Source of the DNA: Escherichia phage EcoDS1
Strand: one strand, 5' to 3'
Length of the DNA stretch: 39,252 nt
Sequence record: NC_011042.1
The position numbers and the translations under genes were made by a program. This document shows, one piece after another, positions 1 through 8,026 of the stretch; the first letter of the stretch is position 1; each line of letters begins with the position of its first letter. The notes under the pieces are model-generated. The model worked only from the letters and a program-made list of their open reading frames with translations, had not been told where the DNA came from and did no database searches.

Positions 1-178
1 TCTCACAGTTCAAGAACCTCAAGTCTCCCCATAGGCCCTCTTTCAGTCCAGACCAAAGGCCCTACCCCAGTCTATCATAAGGTTGGACCGATGGTCAAGA
101 CGTTAGGTCGACGATAGGTTGCGGCTATGGCTTAGGGAAGGACGATAGGTAGGGACTATGGGTCTTCTTTGAGTCTCT
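1..178. repeat. Left direct terminal repeat (DTR), 178 bp
   Basis: Bases 1..178 are identical to 39075..39252 by direct reading; T7-like genomes carry terminal redundancy of this size. Confidence 0.9.
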
Positions 179-184
179 ATCTGT

Positions 185-350
185 ATAACCATAAGTCACA
201 ACCTCCAATCTCACAACCATTAGCCTACAGCCTACAGTATCAATAACCATAAGTCAATAACCATAAGTCAATAACCATAAGTCAATAACCTACAGTCTCA
301 CTAACCTACAGTCACAACCATAAGACACCGACGCCTACAGTCATAGACCT
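185..350. repeat. Left-end short tandem/dispersed repeat region
   Basis: 14-bp unit TCAATAACCATAAG occurs three times perfectly in tandem from 240 with a fourth variant copy (to 295), flanked by CCTACAG/CCATAAG heptamers; position matches the T7 left-end short-repeat region next to the concatemer junction. Confidence 0.7.
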
Positions 351-468
351 ACGGTTAAATAGACACAGGGCTATAGACTTAAAGTCTAATACATGTTAGT
401 CAAAGACTATATTCCTCTTACACCATGGGGCCGACGATAGCTCAATCAATATTATTTCAAATTACCTA

Positions 469-498
469 TTGACTATGGGTCTAGACTATGGCTTAATA
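469..498 (+). promoter_or_regulatory. Candidate host sigma70 early promoter (A1-like)
   Basis: TTGACT -35 hexamer, about 18-nt spacer, TTAATA-like -10; the -10 is weak and the call is positional. Confidence 0.3.
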
Positions 499-608
499 GC
501 TTCCGTCAACACGACACGGCAACAGCCGGATAGTGAAGACGCCGGGTCATCCCGGTTGAGTAGACAGCCTGATAAGTCATACGAAAAACAGGCAGATGAC
601 AGAAGTAG

Positions 609-638
609 TTGACAAGAAGTACAGACTTAAAGTAGCAT
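609..638 (+). promoter_or_regulatory. Candidate host sigma70 early promoter (A2-like)
   Basis: TTGACA, 18-nt spacer, TAGCAT; same architecture as T7 A2 (TTGACA-18-TAAGAT), and the surrounding GTAGACAGCCTGATAAGTC..ACGAAAAACAGG context resembles the T7 early promoter region. Confidence 0.45.
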
Positions 639-763
639 GATTCACCAAGCAGGACAGCGAGCCGGAACTGATAAACTACATCGGCTATGCGGAGTGACTA
701 GAGCGAGTATCTGGTCTACTGAGTAAGACGTAGGTTACTACAGCAAGCGAGTTGAGAAAGTGA

Positions 764-792
764 TTGACAAGCTGGTTTGACTGTAGTAACTT
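764..792 (+). promoter_or_regulatory. Candidate host sigma70 early promoter (A3-like)
   Basis: TTGACA, 17-nt spacer, TAACTT; positional analogy to T7 A3. Confidence 0.35.
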
Positions 793-989
793 ATACGGCA
801 AGCAAGATTAGTGAGTCCCAACACTGAAACGGGATAGCACGGCGACGACAGCCAATGCGAATGCTCTTTAACAATCTGGATAAACTCTTAATGTGCGCCG
901 ATAGCGACTAACTACAGGGTCTTTGAGTCTACATCTGAAGGCCCTGACTGATAGTCACTAACACATACTTAACTTTGAGAGGAAACACT

Positions 990-1322
990 ATGGAACGTAA
1001 CGCTAACGCATACTATGACCTGCTGGCTGCAACTGTTGAAGCATTTAACGAGCGCATTCAGTACGACAAGATAGCTGAAGGTGATGACTACCACGATGCG
1101 CTGCATGAAGTTGTAGACGGTCAGGTTCCGCACTATTACCACGAGATCTTCACGGTGATGGCTGCTGATGGTATTGACCATGAGTTCGAAGACTCTGGGC
1201 TGATGCCTGATACCAAGGACGTAACGCGTATACTACAAGCTCGCATCTATGAGGCACTGTATAACGATGTGTCTAATAGCTCGGATGTGGTCTGGTTCGA
1301 ACCTGAGGAGGACTGCGAGTGA
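990..1322 (+). CDS. ocr: Ocr (gp0.3) DNA-mimic anti-restriction protein
   Basis: 110-aa acidic protein; VPHYYHEIFTVMAADGIDHEFEDSGLMPDTKDV..RILQARIYE aligns closely with T7 Ocr. ATG at 990 follows a GAGAGG RBS; the ORF-track start at 975 is an in-frame TTG. Confidence 0.9.
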   Translation: MERNANAYYDLLAATVEAFNERIQYDKIAEGDDYHDALHEVVDGQVPHYYHEIFTVMAADGIDHEFEDSGLMPDTKDVTRILQARIYEALYNDVSNSSDVVWFEPEEDCE

Positions 1323-1474
1323 TGGTAACTTACGGTCTCTGTCAGCATCATGTCACCAACGCCCGGATTATGGTCAAGACCGGGCAGTTAAACCACGATG
1401 CGACTATGCGTCACCTGAAGGCGGTCTATGAGGGACGCAAGCGTATCCACGACAGTTTGCACGCTGAGGTGTAA
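1322..1474 (+). CDS. Small early protein (50 aa), gene 0.4 position
   Basis: ATG overlaps the ocr stop (TGATG); GAGGAGG sits 10 nt upstream; open to TAA at 1472..1474. Below the 60-aa ORF-track cutoff. Confidence 0.4.
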   Translation: MVTYGLCQHHVTNARIMVKTGQLNHDATMRHLKAVYEGRKRIHDSLHAEV

Positions 1475-1562
1475 CTTACTGGCTGGTACTGAGTGATAGA
1501 CGAGAGGTCATCGACTGATAGGTGGCCTCAAAGATTACCACTTGCATTAATAGGAGTTAACT

Positions 1563-1652
1563 ATGAGTGTGGGATATTGGGTCTGCCTAGCGCCAGTTAT
1601 GTGGATGATAGGCTATGGGTTATACGACTGTATTAAACGGAAATCACTATGA
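1563..1652 (+). CDS. Small hydrophobic peptide (29 aa)
   Basis: AGGAG RBS upstream; MSVGYWVCLAPVMWMIGYGLY is hydrophobic; its stop overlaps the next ATG (ATGA). Confidence 0.3.
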   Translation: MSVGYWVCLAPVMWMIGYGLYDCIKRKSL

Positions 1653-1846
1653 GTCTTGCACTATTGATAGCCATAGGCTATGGACTTATCGCCTACGTGC
1701 TGGTGAGAGACCTCAACAAAGCGCGTAAAGTCTACAAATTCAACTATGTACGTCTGGGTCGCTGGACTGTACGTCAACCTAACGGAAGATTCATGCGCAA
1801 CTTAGCGAACGTCTGGGATATAGCAACACTTGGGAGCAAACTGTAA
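1649..1846 (+). CDS. Small early protein (65 aa) with N-terminal transmembrane helix
   Basis: ORF track; N-terminus LALLIAIGYGLIAYVLV is TM-like; coupled to flanking ORFs by overlapping start/stop codons. Confidence 0.5.
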   Translation: MSLALLIAIGYGLIAYVLVRDLNKARKVYKFNYVRLGRWTVRQPNGRFMRNLANVWDIATLGSKL

Positions 1847-2244
1847 TGAATATGTCAAATCTGGTACACGCAATGGACTCAATCATATCGCTTCGCACAT
1901 TCACTGATAAGAACGGCGTAGAGTGGAAGTACGTCGGCACGGACTCTCGCGGTCGCGACTACTGGGAGAAGACCGGGAACAAGACCGCTTATGTACATCG
2001 ACACTCGTCACACGCCGCACGTCAACAGCAGGAGCGTGACCGTGTACTACAGGCACGACTCCGGGCAGAGGGCCATAAGTCTGAGCTGCTGTGTCTGGCG
2101 TATGGTGGACGACCAATCACCGACGATGGTAAACTTCTGGTCTCAGGCTGGAAGGCGATAGACCAACGGTCAACCATCAAGCACACGACTCATGGTGACT
2201 TCAGTCATCTTCACGCTAACCCACTGATATGCAAGGTATTCTGA
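1846..2244 (+). CDS. Early protein of unknown function (132 aa)
   Basis: ORF track; TAATG coupling to the upstream ORF; occupies the position of T7 gene 0.7 but is far shorter and has no kinase motifs I recognise. Confidence 0.6.
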   Translation: MNMSNLVHAMDSIISLRTFTDKNGVEWKYVGTDSRGRDYWEKTGNKTAYVHRHSSHAARQQQERDRVLQARLRAEGHKSELLCLAYGGRPITDDGKLLVSGWKAIDQRSTIKHTTHGDFSHLHANPLICKVF

Positions 2245-2266
2245 CTTAACTATCACTATAGGACTC
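2244..2266 (+). promoter_or_regulatory. Phage-RNAP promoter upstream of gene 1
   Basis: ACTTAACTATCACTATAGGACTC matches the 11-copy consensus (-17..+6, +1 G at 2261). Confidence 0.7.
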
Positions 2267-2335
2267 AAGGTCTAAGACTCCAAGTGAAAGACCAAAGAGA
2301 CTTTAAGTGAAAGACTAATAACAAGGACTTTAAGT

Positions 2336-5017
2336 ATGAGCGTCATCTCTATTGACAAACACGACTTCTCTGATGTGTCGAACGCCATTGAGCCGTTTAA
2401 CCTGCTGGCTGACCACTACGGGCAAGATCTTGCAGTCAAACAGCTTCAGCTTGAGCATGAGGCATACACTGAAGGCGAGCGACGTTTCATCAAGAACCTT
2501 GAGCGCCAGACTGAGCGCGGGGAACTGGCAGACAATCAGGTCGCCAAGCCTCTTATGCAGACTCTGGTACCTAAGATTGCGCAAGCCGTCAGGGAGTGGC
2601 ATGAAGGTCCAGACGGGAAGCTGTCAACCTCTCGTCCTAGCGTAGCGTTCACCATGTTGAGCACTGAAGAGAAGGCCGTCAAGGATCGCTCTCTTCGTAT
2701 CTCTTGCGAGTCTGCTTCGGTCATCATACTGAAGGTCATACTCTCCAAGCTGGTCAAGCCTGAAGGGATACCGATTACACCGATGGCCTCCGCGATAGGT
2801 CGCACACTTGAGGATGAAATCCGCTTCGGGCGCATTCGTGACAAGGAGAAAGAGCACTTCAAGAAGGCGATAGCTGATAACCTGAACAAGCGAGCTGGGG
2901 CATCCTACAAGAAAGCCTACATGCAAGCGGTTGAGACATCCATGCTGGAGCAGGGTCAACTGGAAGATGCGTGGGGAACTTGGAGTCCTACAGAGGCTGT
3001 CCACGTTGGCATCAAGATGCTTGAGATTGTCATCCAGTCAACACAACTGGTCGAGCTTAAGCGGTACGGTGCTGGCAATGCAGCGGCTGACGTAGAGATG
3101 GTCCACCTGTCAGACTTCTGGGTCAAGAAGATGGCACAACGAGGATTCAGCCTAGCGGGTATCGCTCCAGTCTACCAGCCTTGCGTCGTTCCACCTAAGC
3201 CGTGGACTGGTGTAGTAGGCGGTGGGTACTGGGCCAAGGGTCGCAGACCACTACCACTGATTCGCTTAGGGTCTAAGTCTGCGGTGGCACGTTACGAAGA
3301 CGTGTACATGCCTGAAGTCTATGACGCTGTGAATATCATCCAGAATACACCTTGGAAAGTTAACAAGAAGGTGCTGGAAGTGGTGAACATGGTCGAGAAG
3401 CTGAACAACACGCCTATTGATGACATCCCTCAGATGGAACCGCTGAAGCCTGAAGACTATGCAGGTGAGACTGAAGAGGAACTCAAGGCATGGAAGAAGG
3501 CTGCTGCTGGTATCTACCGCCGAGAGAAGGCCCGGCAGTCACGTAGATTGTCACTAAGCTTTATCGTCAACCAAGCGAACAAGTTCTCTCAATTCAAGGC
3601 CATATGGTTTCCGTACAATATGGACTGGCGCGGCCGTGTCTACGCTGTTCCGATGTTCAACCCTCAAGGTAATGACATGCAGAAGGGCCTTCTGACTCTG
3701 GCAGTCGGTAAGCCTATTGGTGCCGATGGGTTTAAATGGCTGAAGGTCCACGGTGCAAACTGCGCGGGTATCGATAAAGTAACCTTCGAGGAGCGCATCA
3801 AGTGGGTGGAGGACAACCACGACAACATCATGGCTACTGCTAAGGCACCGATGGATAGCATTGAGTGGTGGGGCAAGTTAGACTCTCCGTTTTGCTTCCT
3901 TGCGTTCTGCTTCGAGTATGCTGGCGTGATGCATCACGGATTGTCTTACTCCTGCTCGCTGCCAATAGCTTTCGATGGGTCCTGCTCTGGGATTCAGCAC
4001 TTCAGCGCGATGCTTCGTGATCACATCGGTGGACATGCAGTAAACCTGACGCCTTCCGGTAAGGTCCAAGACATCTACCGCATCGTGTCTGACCGCATTG
4101 AGGAGGAGCTTAAAGTCCTGCTGGTTAACGGCACGGACAACGAGATGGTAACTCACGAGGACAAGAAAACTGGTGAGATTACCGAACGTCTCAAGCTGGG
4201 GACACGAGAGCTGGCCCGGCAGTGGCTTACTTACGGCATGTCACGTAAGGTCACTAAGCGTTCGGTCATGACTCTGGCCTACGGGTCGAAAGAGTATGGC
4301 TTCGCAGACCAAGTTTACGAGGACATCGTGATGCCAGCGATTGACTCAGGGTCTGGCGCTATGTTCACTGAACCAAGCCAAGCGTCTCGCTTCATGGCTA
4401 AGATGATTTGGGAAGCTGTGAGCGTGACCGTAGTTGCTGCGGTTGACGCGATGAAGTGGCTTCAAGGTGCTGCCAAGCTGCTGGCTGCTGAAGTGAAAGA
4501 CAAGAAGACTGGAGAAATCCTGAAGCCTTGCCTTCCGGTACACTGGGTCACACCTGATGGGTTCCCGGTCTGGCAGGAATACCGCAAGAAGGATACCACT
4601 CGTCTGAACCTGATGTTCTTAGGGTCATTCAACCTTCAACCTACGGTCAACAAAGGCACGAAGAAAGAGTTGGATAAGCACAAGCAGGAGTCGGGCATTA
4701 GCCCGAACTTCGTCCACTCACAAGATGGTAGCCACCTCCGCAAGACTGTAGTCCACACGCACCGCAAGTATGGCGTGATGTCATTCGCAGTGATTCACGA
4801 TAGCTTCGGGACCATCCCGGCTGACGCTGAGTATCTGTTCCGTGGTGTCCGTGAGACGATGGTCGAGACCTACCGCGACAACGATGTGCTGCTTGACTTC
4901 TACGAGCAGTTCGAATACCAGCTTCACGAGAGCCAGCGCGACAAGTTGCCTGAGCTTCCGAAGAAAGGTAAACTGAATATCGAAGACATCTTGTCTTCAG
5001 ACTTTGCATTCGCTTAA
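2336..5017 (+). CDS. T7-type single-subunit DNA-directed RNA polymerase (gp1)
   Basis: 893 aa; long stretches match T7 RNAP (CVVPPKPWTG, AIWFPYNMDWRGRVYAV, DSPFCFLAFCFEYAGV, LPIAFDGSCSGIQHFSAMLRD, HDSFGT, C-terminal FAFA). Confidence 0.98.
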   Translation: MSVISIDKHDFSDVSNAIEPFNLLADHYGQDLAVKQLQLEHEAYTEGERRFIKNLERQTERGELADNQVAKPLMQTLVPKIAQAVREWHEGPDGKLSTSRPSVAFTMLSTEEKAVKDRSLRISCESASVIILKVILSKLVKPEGIPITPMASAIGRTLEDEIRFGRIRDKEKEHFKKAIADNLNKRAGASYKKAYMQAVETSMLEQGQLEDAWGTWSPTEAVHVGIKMLEIVIQSTQLVELKRYGAGNAAADVEMVHLSDFWVKKMAQRGFSLAGIAPVYQPCVVPPKPWTGVVGGGYWAKGRRPLPLIRLGSKSAVARYEDVYMPEVYDAVNIIQNTPWKVNKKVLEVVNMVEKLNNTPIDDIPQMEPLKPEDYAGETEEELKAWKKAAAGIYRREKARQSRRLSLSFIVNQANKFSQFKAIWFPYNMDWRGRVYAVPMFNPQGNDMQKGLLTLAVGKPIGADGFKWLKVHGANCAGIDKVTFEERIKWVEDNHDNIMATAKAPMDSIEWWGKLDSPFCFLAFCFEYAGVMHHGLSYSCSLPIAFDGSCSGIQHFSAMLRDHIGGHAVNLTPSGKVQDIYRIVSDRIEEELKVLLVNGTDNEMVTHEDKKTGEITERLKLGTRELARQWLTYGMSRKVTKRSVMTLAYGSKEYGFADQVYEDIVMPAIDSGSGAMFTEPSQASRFMAKMIWEAVSVTVVAAVDAMKWLQGAAKLLAAEVKDKKTGEILKPCLPVHWVTPDGFPVWQEYRKKDTTRLNLMFLGSFNLQPTVNKGTKKELDKHKQESGISPNFVHSQDGSHLRKTVVHTHRKYGVMSFAVIHDSFGTIPADAEYLFRGVRETMVETYRDNDVLLDFYEQFEYQLHESQRDKLPELPKKGKLNIEDILSSDFAFA

Positions 5018-5032
5018 CAGCAGGAGAAGTAT

Positions 5033-5263
5033 ATGTCAATGAAACTTGTAGCACACAACAAGGCATTCAACGATGGGTCGGGACGTTGCCATGTAGAGCT
5101 GACTTATAAGGATTTAATCATTCTCCGAGACAGATTACAGTCGGGTGTGACTGGGTGGATTCAACCTAACGAGTACAACCTTATAGCTTCGATTGATGAA
5201 GTTCTTAACGCGTGGATGAAAGACGAGCGCACTCAGTATCCGTCATTCCCTACAATTAGATAA
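5033..5263 (+). CDS. Hypothetical early protein (76 aa)
   Basis: ORF track; GGAG RBS before ATG; no T7 counterpart at this position. Confidence 0.55.
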   Translation: MSMKLVAHNKAFNDGSGRCHVELTYKDLIILRDRLQSGVTGWIQPNEYNLIASIDEVLNAWMKDERTQYPSFPTIR

Positions 5264-5273
5264 GGAGAGAGTT

Positions 5274-5489
5274 ATGAAATTTGCACACAAGCAGACAGGC
5301 GTTAATGGTGGGACTCAAATCGTGACCGTAACAGAACACAACGGCAAGGGTCTGGTGAAGACCACGGTCATCCCAACCAAGATGTCCAAGCAGCTTAACA
5401 TCCAGTTCAAGACTCTTGTATATCTGGTCGAGTCCAGCCACGAGAAGTTCCTGAAGGACGCAGTGTCCAAACTGGAGCAGACCAAATGA
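5274..5489 (+). CDS. Hypothetical early protein (71 aa)
   Basis: ORF track; AGGAGAG RBS; no recognisable motif. Confidence 0.55.
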   Translation: MKFAHKQTGVNGGTQIVTVTEHNGKGLVKTTVIPTKMSKQLNIQFKTLVYLVESSHEKFLKDAVSKLEQTK

Positions 5490-5563
5490 CAGACCTGCAG
5501 TTACTGGCCCTGTGGCTGGGAGCACTTGCAGTATTCACTTTAATCCAACGCAGAAGAGGTTAA
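5486..5563 (+). CDS. Small hydrophobic peptide (25 aa)
   Basis: ATGA overlap with the upstream stop; MTDLQLLALWLGALAVFTLIQRRRG is a single TM-like helix with a basic tail. Confidence 0.35.
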   Translation: MTDLQLLALWLGALAVFTLIQRRRG

Positions 5564-5567
5564 CCCT

Positions 5568-6038
5568 ATGTTCGGTAAGTCAAAACTTAAAGCACAAATC
5601 AAAGAGTTGAGCATGAAGGTGGCATACTTGGCGCGAGAAGTAAAGGTCCTAGATAACAACAATGAGAGATTGAAGGGTAAACTTGCTGAATCAGAGCGTA
5701 AGCGCCTAACGCCACCAGCGTCCGTAACTGTCAAGCGTATGGTAGGCATCAAGTTCAAGGTACTGTTCAACGGGCTGTACCAACCGACTGAGTTCAAGAC
5801 TGGACCGGGTAACTGCGGTAAGAACGTTAAGCACTTCACTACATCGAAGACTGAACGCACCATTACCATCCACCAGCACCACATAGATGGGTCTCAGAAA
5901 GACTTCGAGTACCGACTGAGCGACATCGACGGTCGAATCCAGTATGACTATGAGCAAGTTAAAGTCTACGGAGAAGAGGCCGAACGTGAGCGAGAGCTTC
6001 AGGCATTCATGCGGGTAAGGCCGCGCATCATCTTCTAA
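5568..6038 (+). CDS. Hypothetical early protein (156 aa)
   Basis: ORF track; AGAGG RBS; N-terminal charged/coiled-coil-like region; its TAA stop lies inside the following phage promoter. Confidence 0.6.
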   Translation: MFGKSKLKAQIKELSMKVAYLAREVKVLDNNNERLKGKLAESERKRLTPPASVTVKRMVGIKFKVLFNGLYQPTEFKTGPGNCGKNVKHFTTSKTERTITIHQHHIDGSQKDFEYRLSDIDGRIQYDYEQVKVYGEEAERERELQAFMRVRPRIIF

Positions 6039-6056
6039 ACTATCACTATAGGATTA
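6034..6056 (+). promoter_or_regulatory. Phage-RNAP promoter (phi1.1-like)
   Basis: CTAAACTATCACTATAGGATTAG; +1 G at 6051. Confidence 0.8.
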
Positions 6057-6061
6057 GACTC

Positions 6062-6088
6062 AAGGTCATGACTCAGAGTCGTGGCCTT
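6062..6088 (+). other. RNase III-type processing hairpin (R1.1-like)
   Basis: AAGGUCAUGAC/GUCGUGGCCUU stem of 11 bp including G-U pairs, 5-nt loop; paralogous to the hairpins at 13055 and 35950. Confidence 0.5.
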
Positions 6089-6126
6089 CATGATTAACCC
6101 TAATAAACTACTGGAGATTTAACCGT

Positions 6127-6306
6127 ATGTATCAGAACACTATCAACTTCGAGCGCATCCGTGAACGTCAGCAGACTGAAGGTTACATTCCTAAGGGCCG
6201 CAAGCTGAACAAGACTAAGCGTGGCGGTGGTGTCAAAGGCGCTTTCCGAAACGCTGAAGGTAAAGACTCTATGGTCAACCAAGAGAAATACTTCGTAGGA
6301 GTGTAA
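6127..6306 (+). CDS. gp1.1-like small basic protein (59 aa)
   Basis: Contains GRKLNKTKR as in T7 gp1.1; GGAG RBS; sits between the RNase III-like hairpin and gene 1.2. Confidence 0.65.
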   Translation: MYQNTINFERIRERQQTEGYIPKGRKLNKTKRGGGVKGAFRNAEGKDSMVNQEKYFVGV

Positions 6307-6309
6307 GTA

Positions 6310-6561
6310 ATGAGTAAACGTTGGTTATTCGACGCATCACCTAGCCAGTGGTCAGCGTTAGGTAGGACCCACCGCGAGATGAGCGAGGCAGGACTTGAGG
6401 TCCGAATGGATGACCTGCCGTGCTTCGGAAAAACTCTGGTCAGAATAATTGAAGCAGATGGTGGGAGGCTTCTGGTCTCCAGAGAATTTACCGAAGATGA
6501 AATCTTTAGCTGTGAGCAATGGTGCTTACAACAATTGAACGCTTATAGGAGCTGGAAATAA
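6310..6561 (+). CDS. gp1.2-like protein (host dGTPase inhibitor family)
   Basis: 83 aa; position and C-terminal ..WK as in T7 gp1.2; AGGAGTG RBS. Confidence 0.7.
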   Translation: MSKRWLFDASPSQWSALGRTHREMSEAGLEVRMDDLPCFGKTLVRIIEADGGRLLVSREFTEDEIFSCEQWCLQQLNAYRSWK

Positions 6562-7658
6562 TGACAACTATCAAGACCAACCCGCACCGCGCTGTAGATT
6601 ACTCTGAGTCTGGCATTAAGAAGGCGCTGGAAGCAGCCGGGTCTCTGGAAGCTGAAGTGAAGTATGATGGTGTCCGGTTGAACCTCCCAGTCTTCCCGAC
6701 AGGCGAGACCCAGTGGTTGAGCCGAGAGTCCAAGCCTCTTCCAGCCCTTGAATGGCTATCGGTCCTGACCAGCCTCGATAATATCGTGGAAGACCAGCAG
6801 CGCGCTAGCGACTGGCGGTGGTTCCTGAAGCAAGCCGGCTATGAAGGGACTGGCCTGATGATTGATGGCGAGGTCATGGTGAAAGGGGTAGACTTCAACA
6901 CATCTTCGGGCCTCATTCGCACGAAGTATGTCAAGTCTAAAAACTACGACTTCCACGATGGCGATTGGGACCTCAAGTCCAAGACTACTCAGTTCCGGCT
7001 GGACCGAGACCATATCAAGGTGGTCGTCTATGGTATCATAGACCTTAACGTCATCCTCGACCCGAAAGCCGAAGGTCCTATCCATAGCGTCACACGCCTG
7101 AAGGCCGAAGCTATCGTCCCTCTCCTCCAGAAATACTTCCCGGAAATCGACTGGGTTCTGTCTGAGTCACACACGGTCTATGACCTTGAGTCGCTCAACT
7201 CCCTGTACGAAGAGAAGCGTCTGGAAGGACACGAGGGTCTGGTAGTCAAAGACCCGCTGGGTAAATACAAGCGTGGCAAGAAGTCAGGCATGTGGAAGAT
7301 GAAGCCTGAAGACACCATCGACGGGACCGTGTGTGGACTCGTGTGGGGGACTCCGGGTAAGGCTAACGAAGGCAGGATCATAGGCTTTGAGGTGCTGCTG
7401 GAGGACGGCATGGTGGTGAATGCATGCGGCCTGACTGAATCTCAGAAGGACGAGTTCACAGCTAAAGTCGCTGAATCTAGTGGTTATACCTTGGCTGGCG
7501 GCCCTGTGGTTATTCAGGATGGGACCGAGAAGACCAACCCGTACCACGGATGGCAGGTAGAAGTCCTATACATGGAGCGATTCCCTGACGGCTCACTGCG
7601 TCACCCTAGCTTCAAGTGCTGGCGCGGAACGGAAGATAACCCGACCATTAAGAGCTAA
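6561..7658 (+). CDS. ATP-dependent DNA ligase (gp1.3)
   Basis: 365 aa; EVKYDGVR adenylation motif, EGLVVKDP, GKKSGMWKMKPE, SLRHPSF all match T7 ligase. Confidence 0.95.
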   Translation: MTTIKTNPHRAVDYSESGIKKALEAAGSLEAEVKYDGVRLNLPVFPTGETQWLSRESKPLPALEWLSVLTSLDNIVEDQQRASDWRWFLKQAGYEGTGLMIDGEVMVKGVDFNTSSGLIRTKYVKSKNYDFHDGDWDLKSKTTQFRLDRDHIKVVVYGIIDLNVILDPKAEGPIHSVTRLKAEAIVPLLQKYFPEIDWVLSESHTVYDLESLNSLYEEKRLEGHEGLVVKDPLGKYKRGKKSGMWKMKPEDTIDGTVCGLVWGTPGKANEGRIIGFEVLLEDGMVVNACGLTESQKDEFTAKVAESSGYTLAGGPVVIQDGTEKTNPYHGWQVEVLYMERFPDGSLRHPSFKCWRGTEDNPTIKS

Positions 7659-7667
7659 CTAAATGTC

Positions 7668-7703
7668 AACCCAGTGGTCTTCACGGACTGCTGGGTTTCT
7701 TTG
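7668..7703 (+). terminator. Intrinsic terminator after the early region (TE-like)
   Basis: AACCCAG...CTGGGTT stem followed by TCTTTG U-tract immediately after ligase, the position of T7 TE. Confidence 0.6.
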
Positions 7704-7724
7704 CGTCTGGGCCACCAGCTAGAC

Positions 7725-7747
7725 CCTAAGCTATCACTATAGGACAA
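7725..7747 (+). promoter_or_regulatory. Phage-RNAP promoter
   Basis: CCTAAGCTATCACTATAGGACAA; +1 G at 7742. Confidence 0.75.
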
Positions 7748-7771
7748 CCATCAACAACCTAAGGAGACGCT

Positions 7772-8026
7772 ATGTCTAAGAACTTAATGTTCAACCGTTA
7801 TTCCAATACCTTCCACCTGTCCAACAACCCGTTAGCTTGCATTAAGCGCAACGAGAAGCTTGGCTACTTCGGGAAGGCCGTTAAGCTGTCACCTACAGTC
7901 TATGCTCTGATTACTCCGGGCAAAGCTGAAGAGGCTCGCCAGAAGAAAGAGACCAGCGTACCTGTGGTCTACACAAAGTGGCCTCGCGTTCGTCTGTTCA
8001 TTGAGTACATGAAGGAGGTGTTCTGA
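7772..8026 (+). CDS. Hypothetical protein (84 aa), gene 1.6 position
   Basis: ORF track; AGGAGA RBS; assignment is positional only. Confidence 0.6.
   Translation: MSKNLMFNRYSNTFHLSNNPLACIKRNEKLGYFGKAVKLSPTVYALITPGKAEEARQKKETSVPVVYTKWPRVRLFIEYMKEVF

Noticed and set aside
185-350. Left-end repeats as a possible CRISPR array
   Set aside because: Units are 7 to 14 bp with no spacers of regular length and no cas genes; they match the known left-end repeat architecture of T7-like genomes.
1249-1431. 60-aa ORF starting inside ocr
   Set aside because: Starts within the ocr coding region without an RBS; the overlapping 1322..1474 ORF has a GAGGAGG RBS and ATGA coupling and is the better model.
2330-3004. 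Several minus-strand and alternate-frame ORFs (for example 2352..2645 +, 2536..2889 -, 2624..3004 -) inside the RNA polymerase gene
   Set aside because: Fully nested in gene 1, no RBS, no recognisable motifs; they are expected by chance in a long ORF of this composition.
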